Positions 9,297-19,517 of a stretch of 64,000 nt of DNA are shown here, in pieces. Numbering within the stretch: position 1 is the first letter of the stretch; each line of letters begins with the position of its first letter. Where the stretch lies: the NCBI GenBank assembly GCA_040389905.1, contig JAZJZK010000007.1, forward strand, positions 96,001 to 160,000. The letters run 5' to 3'. The stretch is from Gemmatimonadota bacterium. Its GTDB lineage: Bacteria > Gemmatimonadota > Gemmatimonadetes > Gemmatimonadales > Gemmatimonadaceae. Made by a program: the position numbers and the translations under genes. The notes under the pieces are model-generated. The model worked only from the letters and a program-made list of their open reading frames with translations, was not told the DNA's origin and ran no database searches.

Positions 9297-9803
9297 ATGG
9301 CCATGCCAGCGCACGCGCCGACTCATCGTTGGACGGAAGAGGAGTTCTACGCCGCGCGCGACGCGGCTCCCGCCGGCGAACGGTGGGAACTGTTCGTCAG
9401 GCTGCACGCCTATGTGCGTGAGCAACGCATCGGTACCGCCTACTGCGCGCCTCTCGATGTAAAGCTCGAGCCCGGTCTCGTGATGCAGCCCGACGTCCTC
9501 GTCGTTCCCGCCGGCCATCTCCGCCAGCACGACGATATCGTCCGCGCCTTGCTGCTGGCCGCCGAAGTCATCTCCCCAAGCTCGGCGCGCTTCGATCGTG
9601 TCATCAAGCGGCCGCGCTACCAGCGCCACAAGGTGTCCGAATACTGCGTCATCGATCAGGAGGCAGAGACGTTCGAACGTTGGCAACCCGCGGATGAGCG
9701 CCCCGCGATTCTCTCCGAGCGTCTCACGTGGCATCCATCAGCAGCGGCAGTGCCGTTCGAGCTCGACATTCCTGCATTCTTTCGCGAAGCGAAGCCTCTT
9801 TAG
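9297..9803 (+). CDS. Uma2-family (PDDEXK) endonuclease, apparently with an in-frame internal deletion
   Basis: APLDV..VMQPDVLVV..LLLAAEVISPSSARFDRVIKRPRYQ; the usual DGEL..P.P..HQ segment after WEL is absent. Confidence 0.8.
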   Translation: MAMPAHAPTHRWTEEEFYAARDAAPAGERWELFVRLHAYVREQRIGTAYCAPLDVKLEPGLVMQPDVLVVPAGHLRQHDDIVRALLLAAEVISPSSARFDRVIKRPRYQRHKVSEYCVIDQEAETFERWQPADERPAILSERLTWHPSAAAVPFELDIPAFFREAKPL

Positions 9804-9805
9804 AG

Positions 9806-10804
9806 ATGATGCCGAACACCGTTCGCCGGCTCTCACGCCTCTCGCTTGCCGCCGCGCTCACACTCGCCGCTGCCGAGCTCGGCGCGCAATCCCCGAGCGC
9901 CAACTCCGGCAATCCCATTCTGCCCGGCTGGTACGCCGACCCCGAAGCCCACGTCTTCAACGGCCAATACTGGATCTTCCCCACCTACTCGGCGCCGTAC
10001 AACCAACAGACCTTCCTCGACGCATTCTCGTCGAAGGACCTCGTCACGTGGACCAGGCACGCCCGCGTGCTCGACACCGCGGACGTGAAATGGGCGCGCC
10101 GAGCCGTGTGGGCGCCGTCGATCATCGAGAAGGACGGCTGGTACTACCTCTTCTTCGGTGCGAACGACATCCAGAACGACACCGCACGCGGGGGTATCGG
10201 CGTCGCGCGCGCTCGCACCCCCGAAGGCCCATTCAAGGACTACCTCGGCAAGCCGCTGATCGATGCGTTCCACAACGGCGCGCAGCCGATCGACCAGATG
10301 GTGTTCAAGGACGTAGACGGCTCATACTACATCATCTACGGCGGCTGGCGGCACTGCAACATCGCGCGCCTGAACGACACGTTCACTGGCTTCATCCCAT
10401 TTGCGGACGGAACGACGTTCAGGGAGATCACGCCCGCAGGCTATGTGGAAGGCGCATACATGCTGATCCGCGACGGCAAGTACTACTTCATGTGGTCCGA
10501 GGGCGGTTGGACGGGGCCCAACTACGCGGTGGCGTATGCCGTCGGCACGTCGGCCTTCGGGCCCTTCGAGCGCGTCGGCAAGATTCTCCAGCAGGACTCG
10601 ACCGTCGCCACCGGGGCGGGGCACCACTCGGTGCTGCACGCGGACGGCTCTCCGAACTGGTACATCGTGTATCACCGCCGGCCCCTTGGTGAGACCGACC
10701 GCAATCACCGCGTGGTGAGTATCGACGAATTGCACTTCGACGCGCGCGGGTTGATCGAGCCGGTGAAGATCACGCGCGACGGTGTCAAGCGCGACCCTCG
10801 CTGA
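9806..10804 (+). CDS. Secreted glycoside hydrolase family 43
   Basis: Signal peptide; NPILPGWYADPEA, WAPS, ID, VEG and GAGHHSV motifs. Confidence 0.9.
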   Translation: MMPNTVRRLSRLSLAAALTLAAAELGAQSPSANSGNPILPGWYADPEAHVFNGQYWIFPTYSAPYNQQTFLDAFSSKDLVTWTRHARVLDTADVKWARRAVWAPSIIEKDGWYYLFFGANDIQNDTARGGIGVARARTPEGPFKDYLGKPLIDAFHNGAQPIDQMVFKDVDGSYYIIYGGWRHCNIARLNDTFTGFIPFADGTTFREITPAGYVEGAYMLIRDGKYYFMWSEGGWTGPNYAVAYAVGTSAFGPFERVGKILQQDSTVATGAGHHSVLHADGSPNWYIVYHRRPLGETDRNHRVVSIDELHFDARGLIEPVKITRDGVKRDPR

Positions 10805-10831
10805 ACAATCCGAGCTCTAGCGCGAGCGTGT

Positions 10832-10863
10832 GAAAAGGGCGGGAGCCTTTAGCTCCCGCCCTT
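10832..10863. terminator. Hairpin terminator between convergent genes
   Basis: aaaagggcgggagc-ttta-gctcccgccctt. Confidence 0.7.
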
Positions 10864-10892
10864 CCGGCAGTCCAGTTACTACCTGACGATGC

Positions 10893-11534
10893 TTACGCGC
10901 GTTTCCGCCGGCGAACGAACATCACGCCGGCGAGCCCGGTCGCCACCAAGGCGAGACTCGCGGGTTCCGGTGTGGCCGAGATATCCTCGCCGTACTCGCG
11001 GAATGCCAGATCATAACTACTGATGGCCTGGTACGGGTCACTCACCTCCGTACCCGGCTTGAACAGAAACTCACCGCCGCCGTACACGTTGGTCTGCGAG
11101 TACTGAAATTCCGCAAAGAACGCATACTGCCCCTCATGCGGCTGGGCCTGGGAGTCGAGAAACGCGAGGAAATAGGTACCGCCCGGAGTGAGACTCACCG
11201 GATTGTCCCAGAATGCATCGACCCACACCGTTTGCAGGGCGGGGATGAAGAGCGTCGTGCTCTTCGATGCGAGTAGCGTACCGCCATCGTTCGGCAGGCC
11301 CCCTCCCCAGAGCGTAACGTCCATGATCGTCGTATAGTCGAGACCATAGGACGCCTTCACGAGCACACCAGCACCCAGGCTCGTATTCATCGTGGGCGTG
11401 AAACTCTGACCTGTACCGGCGTCCACGTAGCGCCCCGTCGTCCCCGACGTCGATTGCTGGTCGATGGTTTGTGCGAGCGCAGGTGCGCTGACGAGTAGCG
11501 TGAGCGCGATACCGCGAACTGTCCTGGAAAACAT
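10893..11534 (-). CDS. PEP-CTERM sorting domain protein
   Basis: Signal peptide; C-terminal TPEPASLALVATGLAGVMFVRRRKRA; AGGAG RBS. Confidence 0.9.
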   Translation of the reverse strand: MFSRTVRGIALTLLVSAPALAQTIDQQSTSGTTGRYVDAGTGQSFTPTMNTSLGAGVLVKASYGLDYTTIMDVTLWGGGLPNDGGTLLASKSTTLFIPALQTVWVDAFWDNPVSLTPGGTYFLAFLDSQAQPHEGQYAFFAEFQYSQTNVYGGGEFLFKPGTEVSDPYQAISSYDLAFREYGEDISATPEPASLALVATGLAGVMFVRRRKRA

Positions 11535-11793
11535 CCTGGCTCCTGATGGCGGGTAGAGGTCGTATCTCGACCGCTGACGCAAGTTCATGCCCAAATCATC
11601 AACGTCAATGCAATCCACCTAAACGTTGAGACGTCAAAGACTTAGGCCCGAGTGTGGCCTGTCGAAGGAGGATGCGGCGCACAGATGTGTGGTGCACCAG
11701 AAGCAAGGTGTGGCGAAAAAACTACAGCTGACCCCATTCTCGAGATCATGCTCACGTGCCAGCCACCCGCGCGCGATCTTCGCCGAACAACCC

Positions 11794-11975
11794 CTGAGCT
11801 CGAGTCATGAGCCATCAGCGAGAGCATGAGCGTGAGCCTCCAGCATTGAGCCTATGAGAGCTTGAAGCTCGAGCTCTGAGCAACAGCTCAGGCTCTGATC
11901 TGCTCATGGCTGGAAGCTCGCGCTCACGCTCACGCTCAGGCTCACAGCTCGAACTCAAGCTCCAGCTCGAGGCTT
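11794..11975. repeat. Low-complexity TGAGC/GCTCA imperfect palindromic repeat
   Basis: Runs of tgagc on the left and gctca on the right; related to 26586-26745. Confidence 0.6.
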
Positions 11976-12009
11976 GTGATGCGTTCGGGCGGCCAATAGT
12001 ATTCAGTGA

Positions 12010-12078
12010 ATGACAAGCACCGCACGCACGCTGACCCCCAGCTGGCGCTGGCCCTCTCCCGGAGTGGCCAGTCGGTAG
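12010..12078 (+). CDS. Putative Trp leader peptide MTSTARTLTPSWRWPSPGVASR
   Basis: 22-codon ORF with TGG-CGC-TGG, directly upstream of a terminator hairpin and trpS. Confidence 0.7.
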   Translation: MTSTARTLTPSWRWPSPGVASR

Positions 12079-12106
12079 CGCACGTCAGGTGACGTCGTAA
12101 TTCCCA

Positions 12107-12142
12107 CGGGCTGCTCGCTGTCGAGCGGCCCGTTCTGTTTCT
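12107..12142 (+). terminator. Attenuator terminator upstream of trpS
   Basis: cgggctgctcg-ctgt-cgagcggcccg 11-bp stem followed by ttctgtttct. Confidence 0.7.
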
Positions 12143-12181
12143 GCAAACCGCATTCGGCGCGAGCTGCCCTCAATTCCAGGA

Positions 12182-13210
12182 ATGAGGAGTCTCATGTCGA
12201 ACACCCAGATAGAACCCGGTGACGTCGTACTCACCGGCGATCGTCCCACCGGCCGTCTGCACCTCGGCCACTTCGCCGGATCGCTCAAGAGTCGAGTCGC
12301 ACTTCAGGGCCGCGTCAAGCAGACCCTACTCATCGCCGACCTCCAGGCGCTCACCGATAACAGCGGCAAGCCCGCGGACATCGCGGCCCATGTCGAGGAA
12401 GTCGCGCTCGATTATCTCGCCGTGGGCATCGATCCCGCCATCACCATGATCGCGGTACAATCACAGCTGCCTGCGCTCGCGGAGTTGACGGTACTCTACC
12501 TCAACCTCGTCACCCTCGCGCGCCTCGAGCGCAATCCAACCGTCAAATCCGAGATCGCCGCGCGCGGATACGATCGCGACGTCCCCGCCGGGTTTCTCTG
12601 TTACCCCGTGAGCCAGGCCGCCGACATCACTGGCTTTCGTGCCACGCTGGTACCTGTTGGCGACGACCAGCTTCCGATGCTCGAGCAGACGAATGAGATC
12701 GTGCGCAAACTCAATCGCTTGGCGGGCCGAGATCTGCTTCCGGAGTGTCGGCCAATGTTGTCGAACGCACCGCGCTTGCCCGGCGTCGACGGGCGCAAGG
12801 CGAGCAAGTCCCTCGGCAATGCCATCCCGTTGACCGCGACGCCGGAAGACATCGCGACAGCCGTGAACGCGATGTACACCGATCCCGCCCATCTCCAGGC
12901 CGACTTTCCCGGAACCGTCGAAGGGAACGTGGTCTTCGCGCACCTCGACGCATTCGATCCGAACGTCGAGGCCGTGGCCGAGCTCAAGGCGCGCTACCGG
13001 CATGGCGGGCTTGGCGATCAACAACTCAAACGCCGACTCACCGGTGTGCTCGAAGAGGTCGTCGCACCGATGCGCGCTCGGCGCAAGGCCGCCGAGGCTG
13101 ACCGTGAGTACGTGCGCGCTGTGCTCGAAGAGGGCACTCGGCGTGCACGTGACGTCACCGCCGGCGTCCTCGCCGATGTGCGTCGCGCCTTTTCGCTGCT
13201 GTCGTGGTAG
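12182..13210 (+). CDS. trpS: Tryptophanyl-tRNA synthetase
   Basis: TGDRPTGRLHLGH (HIGH-like), YPVSQAADI, VPVGDDQ, KASKS (KMSKS-like); start may be 12194. Confidence 0.95.
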   Translation: MRSLMSNTQIEPGDVVLTGDRPTGRLHLGHFAGSLKSRVALQGRVKQTLLIADLQALTDNSGKPADIAAHVEEVALDYLAVGIDPAITMIAVQSQLPALAELTVLYLNLVTLARLERNPTVKSEIAARGYDRDVPAGFLCYPVSQAADITGFRATLVPVGDDQLPMLEQTNEIVRKLNRLAGRDLLPECRPMLSNAPRLPGVDGRKASKSLGNAIPLTATPEDIATAVNAMYTDPAHLQADFPGTVEGNVVFAHLDAFDPNVEAVAELKARYRHGGLGDQQLKRRLTGVLEEVVAPMRARRKAAEADREYVRAVLEEGTRRARDVTAGVLADVRRAFSLLSW

Positions 13211-13234
13211 GCGCCGGTGCACCAATAGCAAGAA

Positions 13235-15625
13235 TCACGGCCACGGCAGCGGCAGCACCGCAAATCGCGACCGCGTCTTCGCATCGTCCTGTCCATCGAA
13301 ATACCGCTTGATGTCGCGAACAGCCTTCGCTCGGAGCGCTCGATCCGCCGCCGTTCCGCCGTTCGCCGCCGACAGCCGATTCTTCAGCGCTTCGAGATGC
13401 ATCTCGATCGTCGCACGAACGTCCGGTAGCGCCTGCGCATCGCCCGCCCGATCCAGCATTGTATTCAGCACCACTTGTTGCGTCGTCCGCCGCAACGCCT
13501 GCGTCCCCGTATTCGCCGAGGGCGCAGCACCCCACGTCCGTCCAACGACGGTGCCGATCACTTCATCGAGCGACAAATTCGACGCATCACGCGCGTTGAA
13601 TAACACCAGCCGTCCGAGCCGATCGCGCTCGAACAAGTTCTCGATCACTTCAGTCGAAAGACCACCTGCCAGCGACACCTGATCGAGTGCCGTGCCCGCA
13701 TAGCCCAACCACGCCATTGACGCATCGCCACCAGGCGGCACGGGTGGAATCATGGCCAGCACGCGCTCCGGCACCGCGAGCGCAGCCGGTTCGAGCGCAT
13801 CGAGCGCCATCGTCAGTGCGCGCCGCTGCTGCGCGGCGGGAAGAATCGTCGTCGGCGTCTGGCCGTCGCCACGCATCGCGTACCGGAAGTCCATTCCGCC
13901 CACGTACTTCACCAGACCCTCGAGCGAGTACCGATGGTGCAGATACACATGTGCAAAGCGCATGTTGAGGAGGTACATCGGCTCGCCGGGCTTGATGGCG
14001 CGCTCGTCGAACTTGTCGATCAACAGCCGCCGCACCTTCGACGTCCGCTCGACCGCATCGAACATCGTCGCACCTGCGATCCAACGTGTGGCCTCGGGGA
14101 TCGAACCGTCCGCATCCGCATGCTGATCGGCGACGAAGCGCACGTTCTTCGACAACCCGTCCTTGATGATCTTCTCAAGCCCGGCCTTCTCGGCCGCTGC
14201 ATTCGGGAACCACGTGTAACCGTAGCGCACCGTCAGCGTATCCCACGCGCCACCGGCAGGTGCATATGCCTTGGAGAGGTCGATCTGGCCCGCCGCATTT
14301 AGCGAGATGAGCGGGAAGGGATAATCCATCACCGACGTGCGGCCCTGCGCATGCGCGATGTAGTTGTGCGGGAAGCCGAGTGTGTGGCCGATCTCGTGCG
14401 CGGCGTGCTGGCGTCGGCGCCACATCGCGAACGCGTCGGCCGACATGCCGAGTCCTTGTGGACCGGCCGCGGGCAGCAGGCCTGCGTAGATGTTGTAGTC
14501 AACGAGCGAGCGCCATGCGTCCATGCGGACCACGGTGCGAATGATCTCGCCGGTACGAGGATCGGACATCGATGGGCCAACGGAGGGACCTGGTCCACTG
14601 CGGTGAACCCAGTACACCATGTTGTAACGCGCGTCCATCGGATCGACGCCAGCGGGAAGATCGAGCACCGCGAACGCGTTCTTGAATCCCGCCGCCTCGA
14701 ACGTCTTGTTCCACCACATGCCGCCTTCGCGCAGCGCTTCGCGGTACTCGGCAGGAATGCCCGGATCGAGATAGTAGATGATCGGCGTTACCGGCTCCGT
14801 GAGTTCGCCGCGCTGATACGCCGCGGGGTCCTTCGGCACCAACCGCCAGCGACCGGCAATCGCGTCGCGATACGTGCCGTCGTAACTCTGGCCGAAGTCG
14901 TAGAACTGCGGCCCGTTCACGCCGGAGCGCGAGTCGCCTTCACGCGCGCGGAAGCCTTCCGCGCTCGGAAGCTCGACGAGCGAGTGATGCACTTCCATCG
15001 TGATCGACGCCGGATCCGGCGCCCCTCGGCGCAGCGCTGCGCCGGGGTTGTCGACGGCAAAGGTCAACACCGAGTGCACTTCGGTGTTCTTCGGGAAGGC
15101 CTTCGTTCGCGCGGGGTCGATCCAGCTTCGGTTCGCGTCGAGTCGTGCGGTTCCTTGCTGCCCACGACGAATGGCGTCGGCGATGCCTTGTGGATCGGCG
15201 AGGAAGAACGACGTCGCATCGGCGACCATCACGCCATTCGCTTCCGACTCGATGGGGAACTGCGCAATCACCGATGTCGCGAATGCTTCGGATGCCGCAC
15301 GCATGCTCGCGGCGGTGGCGCCCTGCGCGCGGACGCTCCAGTTGTCGCGCACCATCACGATGCGCTTGCCTCGCCGCTCGAAGCGCACGACAACGCTGCC
15401 GCCGAGGTTGCCGCGATCGAGGCCGAGTGAGCCAAAGCCTGTCGCGAGCACGTTCTGATAGAGGAAGTCCTTGCCGAGCCGGTCGTTGGTGATCTCGAGC
15501 AGCACCTTGTTGCGGTCGGCATCGACGCGAACGCCGACGAAGTCGGCGAAGGCTTTGGCGGGCGTCGGTACGAATGCGGCAGTGACGCAGAGCAGGGCGA
15601 GGAGTGCGGTACGGTTGAGGCGCAT
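13235..15625 (-). CDS. Secreted zinc-dependent metalloprotease (DUF5117/DUF4953 type)
   Basis: Signal peptide; HEIGHTLGFPHN and SVMDYP metzincin motifs. Confidence 0.9.
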   Translation of the reverse strand: MRLNRTALLALLCVTAAFVPTPAKAFADFVGVRVDADRNKVLLEITNDRLGKDFLYQNVLATGFGSLGLDRGNLGGSVVVRFERRGKRIVMVRDNWSVRAQGATAASMRAASEAFATSVIAQFPIESEANGVMVADATSFFLADPQGIADAIRRGQQGTARLDANRSWIDPARTKAFPKNTEVHSVLTFAVDNPGAALRRGAPDPASITMEVHHSLVELPSAEGFRAREGDSRSGVNGPQFYDFGQSYDGTYRDAIAGRWRLVPKDPAAYQRGELTEPVTPIIYYLDPGIPAEYREALREGGMWWNKTFEAAGFKNAFAVLDLPAGVDPMDARYNMVYWVHRSGPGPSVGPSMSDPRTGEIIRTVVRMDAWRSLVDYNIYAGLLPAAGPQGLGMSADAFAMWRRRQHAAHEIGHTLGFPHNYIAHAQGRTSVMDYPFPLISLNAAGQIDLSKAYAPAGGAWDTLTVRYGYTWFPNAAAEKAGLEKIIKDGLSKNVRFVADQHADADGSIPEATRWIAGATMFDAVERTSKVRRLLIDKFDERAIKPGEPMYLLNMRFAHVYLHHRYSLEGLVKYVGGMDFRYAMRGDGQTPTTILPAAQQRRALTMALDALEPAALAVPERVLAMIPPVPPGGDASMAWLGYAGTALDQVSLAGGLSTEVIENLFERDRLGRLVLFNARDASNLSLDEVIGTVVGRTWGAAPSANTGTQALRRTTQQVVLNTMLDRAGDAQALPDVRATIEMHLEALKNRLSAANGGTAADRALRAKAVRDIKRYFDGQDDAKTRSRFAVLPLPWP

Positions 15626-15773
15626 CGATTGGGGATGTGGGCTGGTGGGGAGTGCGCTGAAACTACGCTCCGCTGTCTCGTGTCCGCTATCCACCGATCG
15701 GATCAACCGCCGGCTTGTAGCCAGGCGGCACGAGGGTCAGGCACGCAGAGCACAATTTGGCTACCTTTGTAGT

Positions 15774-18700
15774 ATGAAAATCCGGAACATCTTGCTACCG
15801 ATGCTGGTTGCGGGTGCTGCGCCGCGGCTGGCGGCGCAGACAGTAACCTTGCGCGCTGGGTCAACCGTCAGCCTGCAAGTGGAACCGAGGACGAGCGTGG
15901 TCATTCCGCTTGTAATCGATCCCAGTGGATCCGGTGGACTGTCCCTTGGCTCACTCGGCCTGGGCCTGAACTGGAATGCCGCGCGTCTGCGCTTCGACTC
16001 GCTGAAGGCAGGAAGTCTTGGCGCCGTCGGCCCTGATGTGTCGAACGCCGCCGCCGGTTCGGTTTCGCTGGCGCTCACTGCGTCCGCGGTGATTGTCGCC
16101 CCAACGACGCTGGCGACAGCGTATTTCACGTCGACCGCCGGCATCGGCGGTACGCGCTTGACGCTCAACACGACGTCCGCCTCAGACGCCGCCGGCAGCG
16201 ACGTTCGCGCGCAAGTGCGCGTTCGGCACCTCGACGTGTGCGTCGCGGGCGAAGCCCTCTGGGGCGATGGAAATGGCGACAAACGCGTCGATATCATCGA
16301 CGCACAGCAGGTCGCGCGCTTTTCTGTGGCGCTGAGTGTTGCGAATTTCGATGCGATCGCCGGCCAAGCCGATGTCAACATCGATGGCGCGGTGAATGTC
16401 ATTGACGCGCAACAGATCGCCCGCTTCAGCGTGGGGTTGAGTGCGTCGCCGCGCGTGAATACGAAATCGAGCAATGCGCCTTCCGTGAACACGATCGCGC
16501 TGAGCGATCTCGTTCCGGTCACGTACATTGGTTTCCCCACCGAATTGGGGGCGACGCCGAGTGACGTGCTGAGCAACGCGATCAACGGGTGCCACCCGAT
16601 CACGTGGAGTTCCAACGCACCGGAGATCGCGACCGTCGATTCCACAGGCCGCATCGTCGGGCATGCGACTGGTAGGGCGACCATCACTGCCACGAGCGAA
16701 GGGCGCTCACAGAGCGGCCTGGTCACGGTGCTGGCGCTGCCGTCCACCGGGGTCGCCCCGTTTACGCTCTCAGTCGTCGCCGGGAGTGGCCAAACCGCCT
16801 TCGTGCGCGCGACGCCTGCAATCAAGCCAGAGATTCTCGTCAGTGACGCGTTGGGCCGCCCGATGCCCAATGAAGACGTCCAGTTCACGGTTTCGTCCGG
16901 TGGCGGTTCCGTACCCGGCACCGGCGTGGTGCAGACCGCGCCGAATGGTCGGGCGACGCTCACCGGGTGGAAGCTGGGGTTGATTCCCGGCACGAACACC
17001 CTGACGGCGTCGGTTAGTGGCTCGTCATCCACGGCGACTGTCACAGCGACTGGCAAAGTGGAATTCACGATCGACTTTACGATGCCGTGGCCATTGCCGG
17101 AGGCGGGTGGTGTCCAACCCTCCTCCGACGTGACGATTCCGACCGCGTCCGCGCACGTTCCCTCATTCCCCTATCCCGTGGTCAGCACCACGGTGTCGGG
17201 GGCGGGGCGAACTGCCAGCTTGGTCTACAAGGGCCCGCAGACATTGGCGCAGCAGTGCGGCCACTGCTGGTATGGCGCGATCGACCTCAATGGCGTCGCG
17301 CCGGGGAGCTACTGGTTTGTATTCCTGGCGACCGACTCGATCGGCAATCAGGTAACGGACAGCGTGCAGTACACCATGCCGACGGCGGTTGCGACGATTA
17401 CCGCGGCGGTCGGCAATGCAGCATTGGTCATTGGTTCGACGACACAGGCGACAGCGATACTTCGCGATGGGTCGGGTTCCATCCTGCCGAACACCCTTGC
17501 CATCCCGCGGCCCGTATTCTGGACGTCCTCTGACACCACCGTCGCTAAGGTCAGCAAGTCCGGCGTCATTACAGCAGTCGGAAATGGCACAGCGTCGATT
17601 ACCGCATCGCGTGAGGGCCAGAGCGGGTCGGTCAGTGTCACGGTGGCTTCAGCGCCGGCCGCGGCCTCATTGACCATTACGGCAGGCGACGCGCAGACGG
17701 GCTACGCGCACGAGGTACTACCCAACGCAGTCAGGATCAGGCTCCTCGACGTGAGTGGCAATCCGCTCTCGAATGTGACAGTCACGTTCGCGGTCGCGAG
17801 TGGCGGAGGCACGTTGGTCGGTTCGCCAACCGTGCAGACAGACGCCAACGGCATCGCGTCGACGACAGGCTGGAAACTTGGTGACACGCCCGGCACGAAC
17901 ACGCTCACGGCGTCGGCGCCAGGTGTATCGCCGGTCACTGTTTCGGCGACCGGAATCGTGAGAATCGTGATCAACTTTGCCGTCGCGTGGCCCGTTCCGG
18001 AGCCCGGTGGCGTGCGCGCGGCGACCGATGTGACCGTGCCATCCGCCTCGGCGAGCATCTCGTGGCGGCCGTATCGGGTTGTGAGCGCCACAGTGAACGG
18101 CGCGGGACGCTCTGCTGCATTGGTCTACAAGGGGCCGAGGACGCTGGCGCAGCAGTGCTCCGATTGCTGGTACGGCAGCGTCGACTTGAACGGTGTCGCA
18201 CCCGGAGCGTACTGGTTCGTTTTCCAGGCGACTGACTCCCTCGGGAATCAAGTTGCCGACAGCGTGCAATACACCGTGCCCCCGGCCGTCGCGACGATAA
18301 CGGCGGCCGTCGGTAATCCCGCCCTCGTCATTGCCTCGACGACGCAAGCAACGGCGACGCTACGTGATGGATCGGGTTCCGTGCTGCCAAATACGAGCGC
18401 TATTCCGCGCCCCGTCGTGTGGACGTCGTCAGATACGACGATCGCGCGTGTGAGCACGATGGGATTGGTCACCGCGGTCGCGAATGGCACCGCATCGATC
18501 ACGGCGTCGCGTGAGGGTCAGAGCGGGTCCGTGGGTATCACGGTAGGGGGGGCGCCAACGCCCTCGTCGTTGGTCGTCACCGCCGGCAACACACAGACCG
18601 GCTATGCGCTCGAGGCGCTGCCGAACGCGGTGAAGGTCAAGCTCCTGGACGGGAGCGGCAACCCGCTCTCGAATGTGACGGTGACCTTCGCGGTCGCGAG

Positions 18701-19454
18701 TGGAGGCGGCACGTTCGTCGGTTCGACGAGCGCGCAGACGGACGCGAACGGCATCGCGACGACGACGGGCTGGCGCCTCGGCTCCCTGCCGGGCGCCAAC
18801 ACCCTCACTGCCTCTGTCACGGGCGTGTCGAGTGTGACGATCAGCGCGACCGCGATCGTGAAGCTGACGCTCGACTTCGCGATGGCCTGGCCGGTGCAGC
18901 AAGCAGGCGGAGTGCAGGTGTCGAACGATGTGATGATTCCCGAGATATCAGCGCATATCGTCTCGCGACCGCACGCAGTCACAAGCGCCACAGTGCGCGC
19001 CGCCGGGCGCACAGCGACGCTGACATTCCTCGGCCCACAGACGATTAGTCAGAAGTGCGCCAACTGCTGGTACGGAGGATTCAACGTGGCGGGCGTCGCA
19101 CCGGGGACGTACTGGTTCGTCTTCGAAGCCACCGACGCCATCGGGACGTATGTCGCGGACAGCGTGCAGTACACGACACCGACTGCCGTCGCGACGATCA
19201 GCGTCGGACTGGGAAGCGCCGGTTTGGTGCCGGGATCGACGACGCAGGCCACTGCGACGCTGCGAGATGCATCAGGCGCCGTGTTGCCGAAAACCTATCC
19301 GACCTTCCGGCCTGTAGTCTGGACGTCGTCCGATGTCACGGTCGCGACGGTCAATGCCCAGGGAGTGGTCACCGCGGTCGGTAATGGAACTGCAACCATC
19401 AGCGCATCACGAGAGGGTCAGACGGGAGGAACGGCTGTAACGGTTTCGCCGTAG
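15774..19454 (+). CDS. Large secreted protein: cohesin-like, dockerin-like and three 300-aa Ig-like (Big_1/Big_2) repeat modules
   Basis: Signal peptide; GDGNGDKRVDIIDA / DVNIDGAVNVIDA dockerin pair; WTSSD..VA.V...G.VTAV.NG Big_2 motifs; 900-bp repeat period. Confidence 0.85.
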   Translation: MKIRNILLPMLVAGAAPRLAAQTVTLRAGSTVSLQVEPRTSVVIPLVIDPSGSGGLSLGSLGLGLNWNAARLRFDSLKAGSLGAVGPDVSNAAAGSVSLALTASAVIVAPTTLATAYFTSTAGIGGTRLTLNTTSASDAAGSDVRAQVRVRHLDVCVAGEALWGDGNGDKRVDIIDAQQVARFSVALSVANFDAIAGQADVNIDGAVNVIDAQQIARFSVGLSASPRVNTKSSNAPSVNTIALSDLVPVTYIGFPTELGATPSDVLSNAINGCHPITWSSNAPEIATVDSTGRIVGHATGRATITATSEGRSQSGLVTVLALPSTGVAPFTLSVVAGSGQTAFVRATPAIKPEILVSDALGRPMPNEDVQFTVSSGGGSVPGTGVVQTAPNGRATLTGWKLGLIPGTNTLTASVSGSSSTATVTATGKVEFTIDFTMPWPLPEAGGVQPSSDVTIPTASAHVPSFPYPVVSTTVSGAGRTASLVYKGPQTLAQQCGHCWYGAIDLNGVAPGSYWFVFLATDSIGNQVTDSVQYTMPTAVATITAAVGNAALVIGSTTQATAILRDGSGSILPNTLAIPRPVFWTSSDTTVAKVSKSGVITAVGNGTASITASREGQSGSVSVTVASAPAAASLTITAGDAQTGYAHEVLPNAVRIRLLDVSGNPLSNVTVTFAVASGGGTLVGSPTVQTDANGIASTTGWKLGDTPGTNTLTASAPGVSPVTVSATGIVRIVINFAVAWPVPEPGGVRAATDVTVPSASASISWRPYRVVSATVNGAGRSAALVYKGPRTLAQQCSDCWYGSVDLNGVAPGAYWFVFQATDSLGNQVADSVQYTVPPAVATITAAVGNPALVIASTTQATATLRDGSGSVLPNTSAIPRPVVWTSSDTTIARVSTMGLVTAVANGTASITASREGQSGSVGITVGGAPTPSSLVVTAGNTQTGYALEALPNAVKVKLLDGSGNPLSNVTVTFAVASGGGTFVGSTSAQTDANGIATTTGWRLGSLPGANTLTASVTGVSSVTISATAIVKLTLDFAMAWPVQQAGGVQVSNDVMIPEISAHIVSRPHAVTSATVRAAGRTATLTFLGPQTISQKCANCWYGGFNVAGVAPGTYWFVFEATDAIGTYVADSVQYTTPTAVATISVGLGSAGLVPGSTTQATATLRDASGAVLPKTYPTFRPVVWTSSDVTVATVNAQGVVTAVGNGTATISASREGQTGGTAVTVSP

Positions 19455-19517
19455 GCGTCGTTCGTTATATCGCCGTCGCCGTGACGCGGAAAGGTTCGCC
19501 GACCTATCTTTCGCGTC

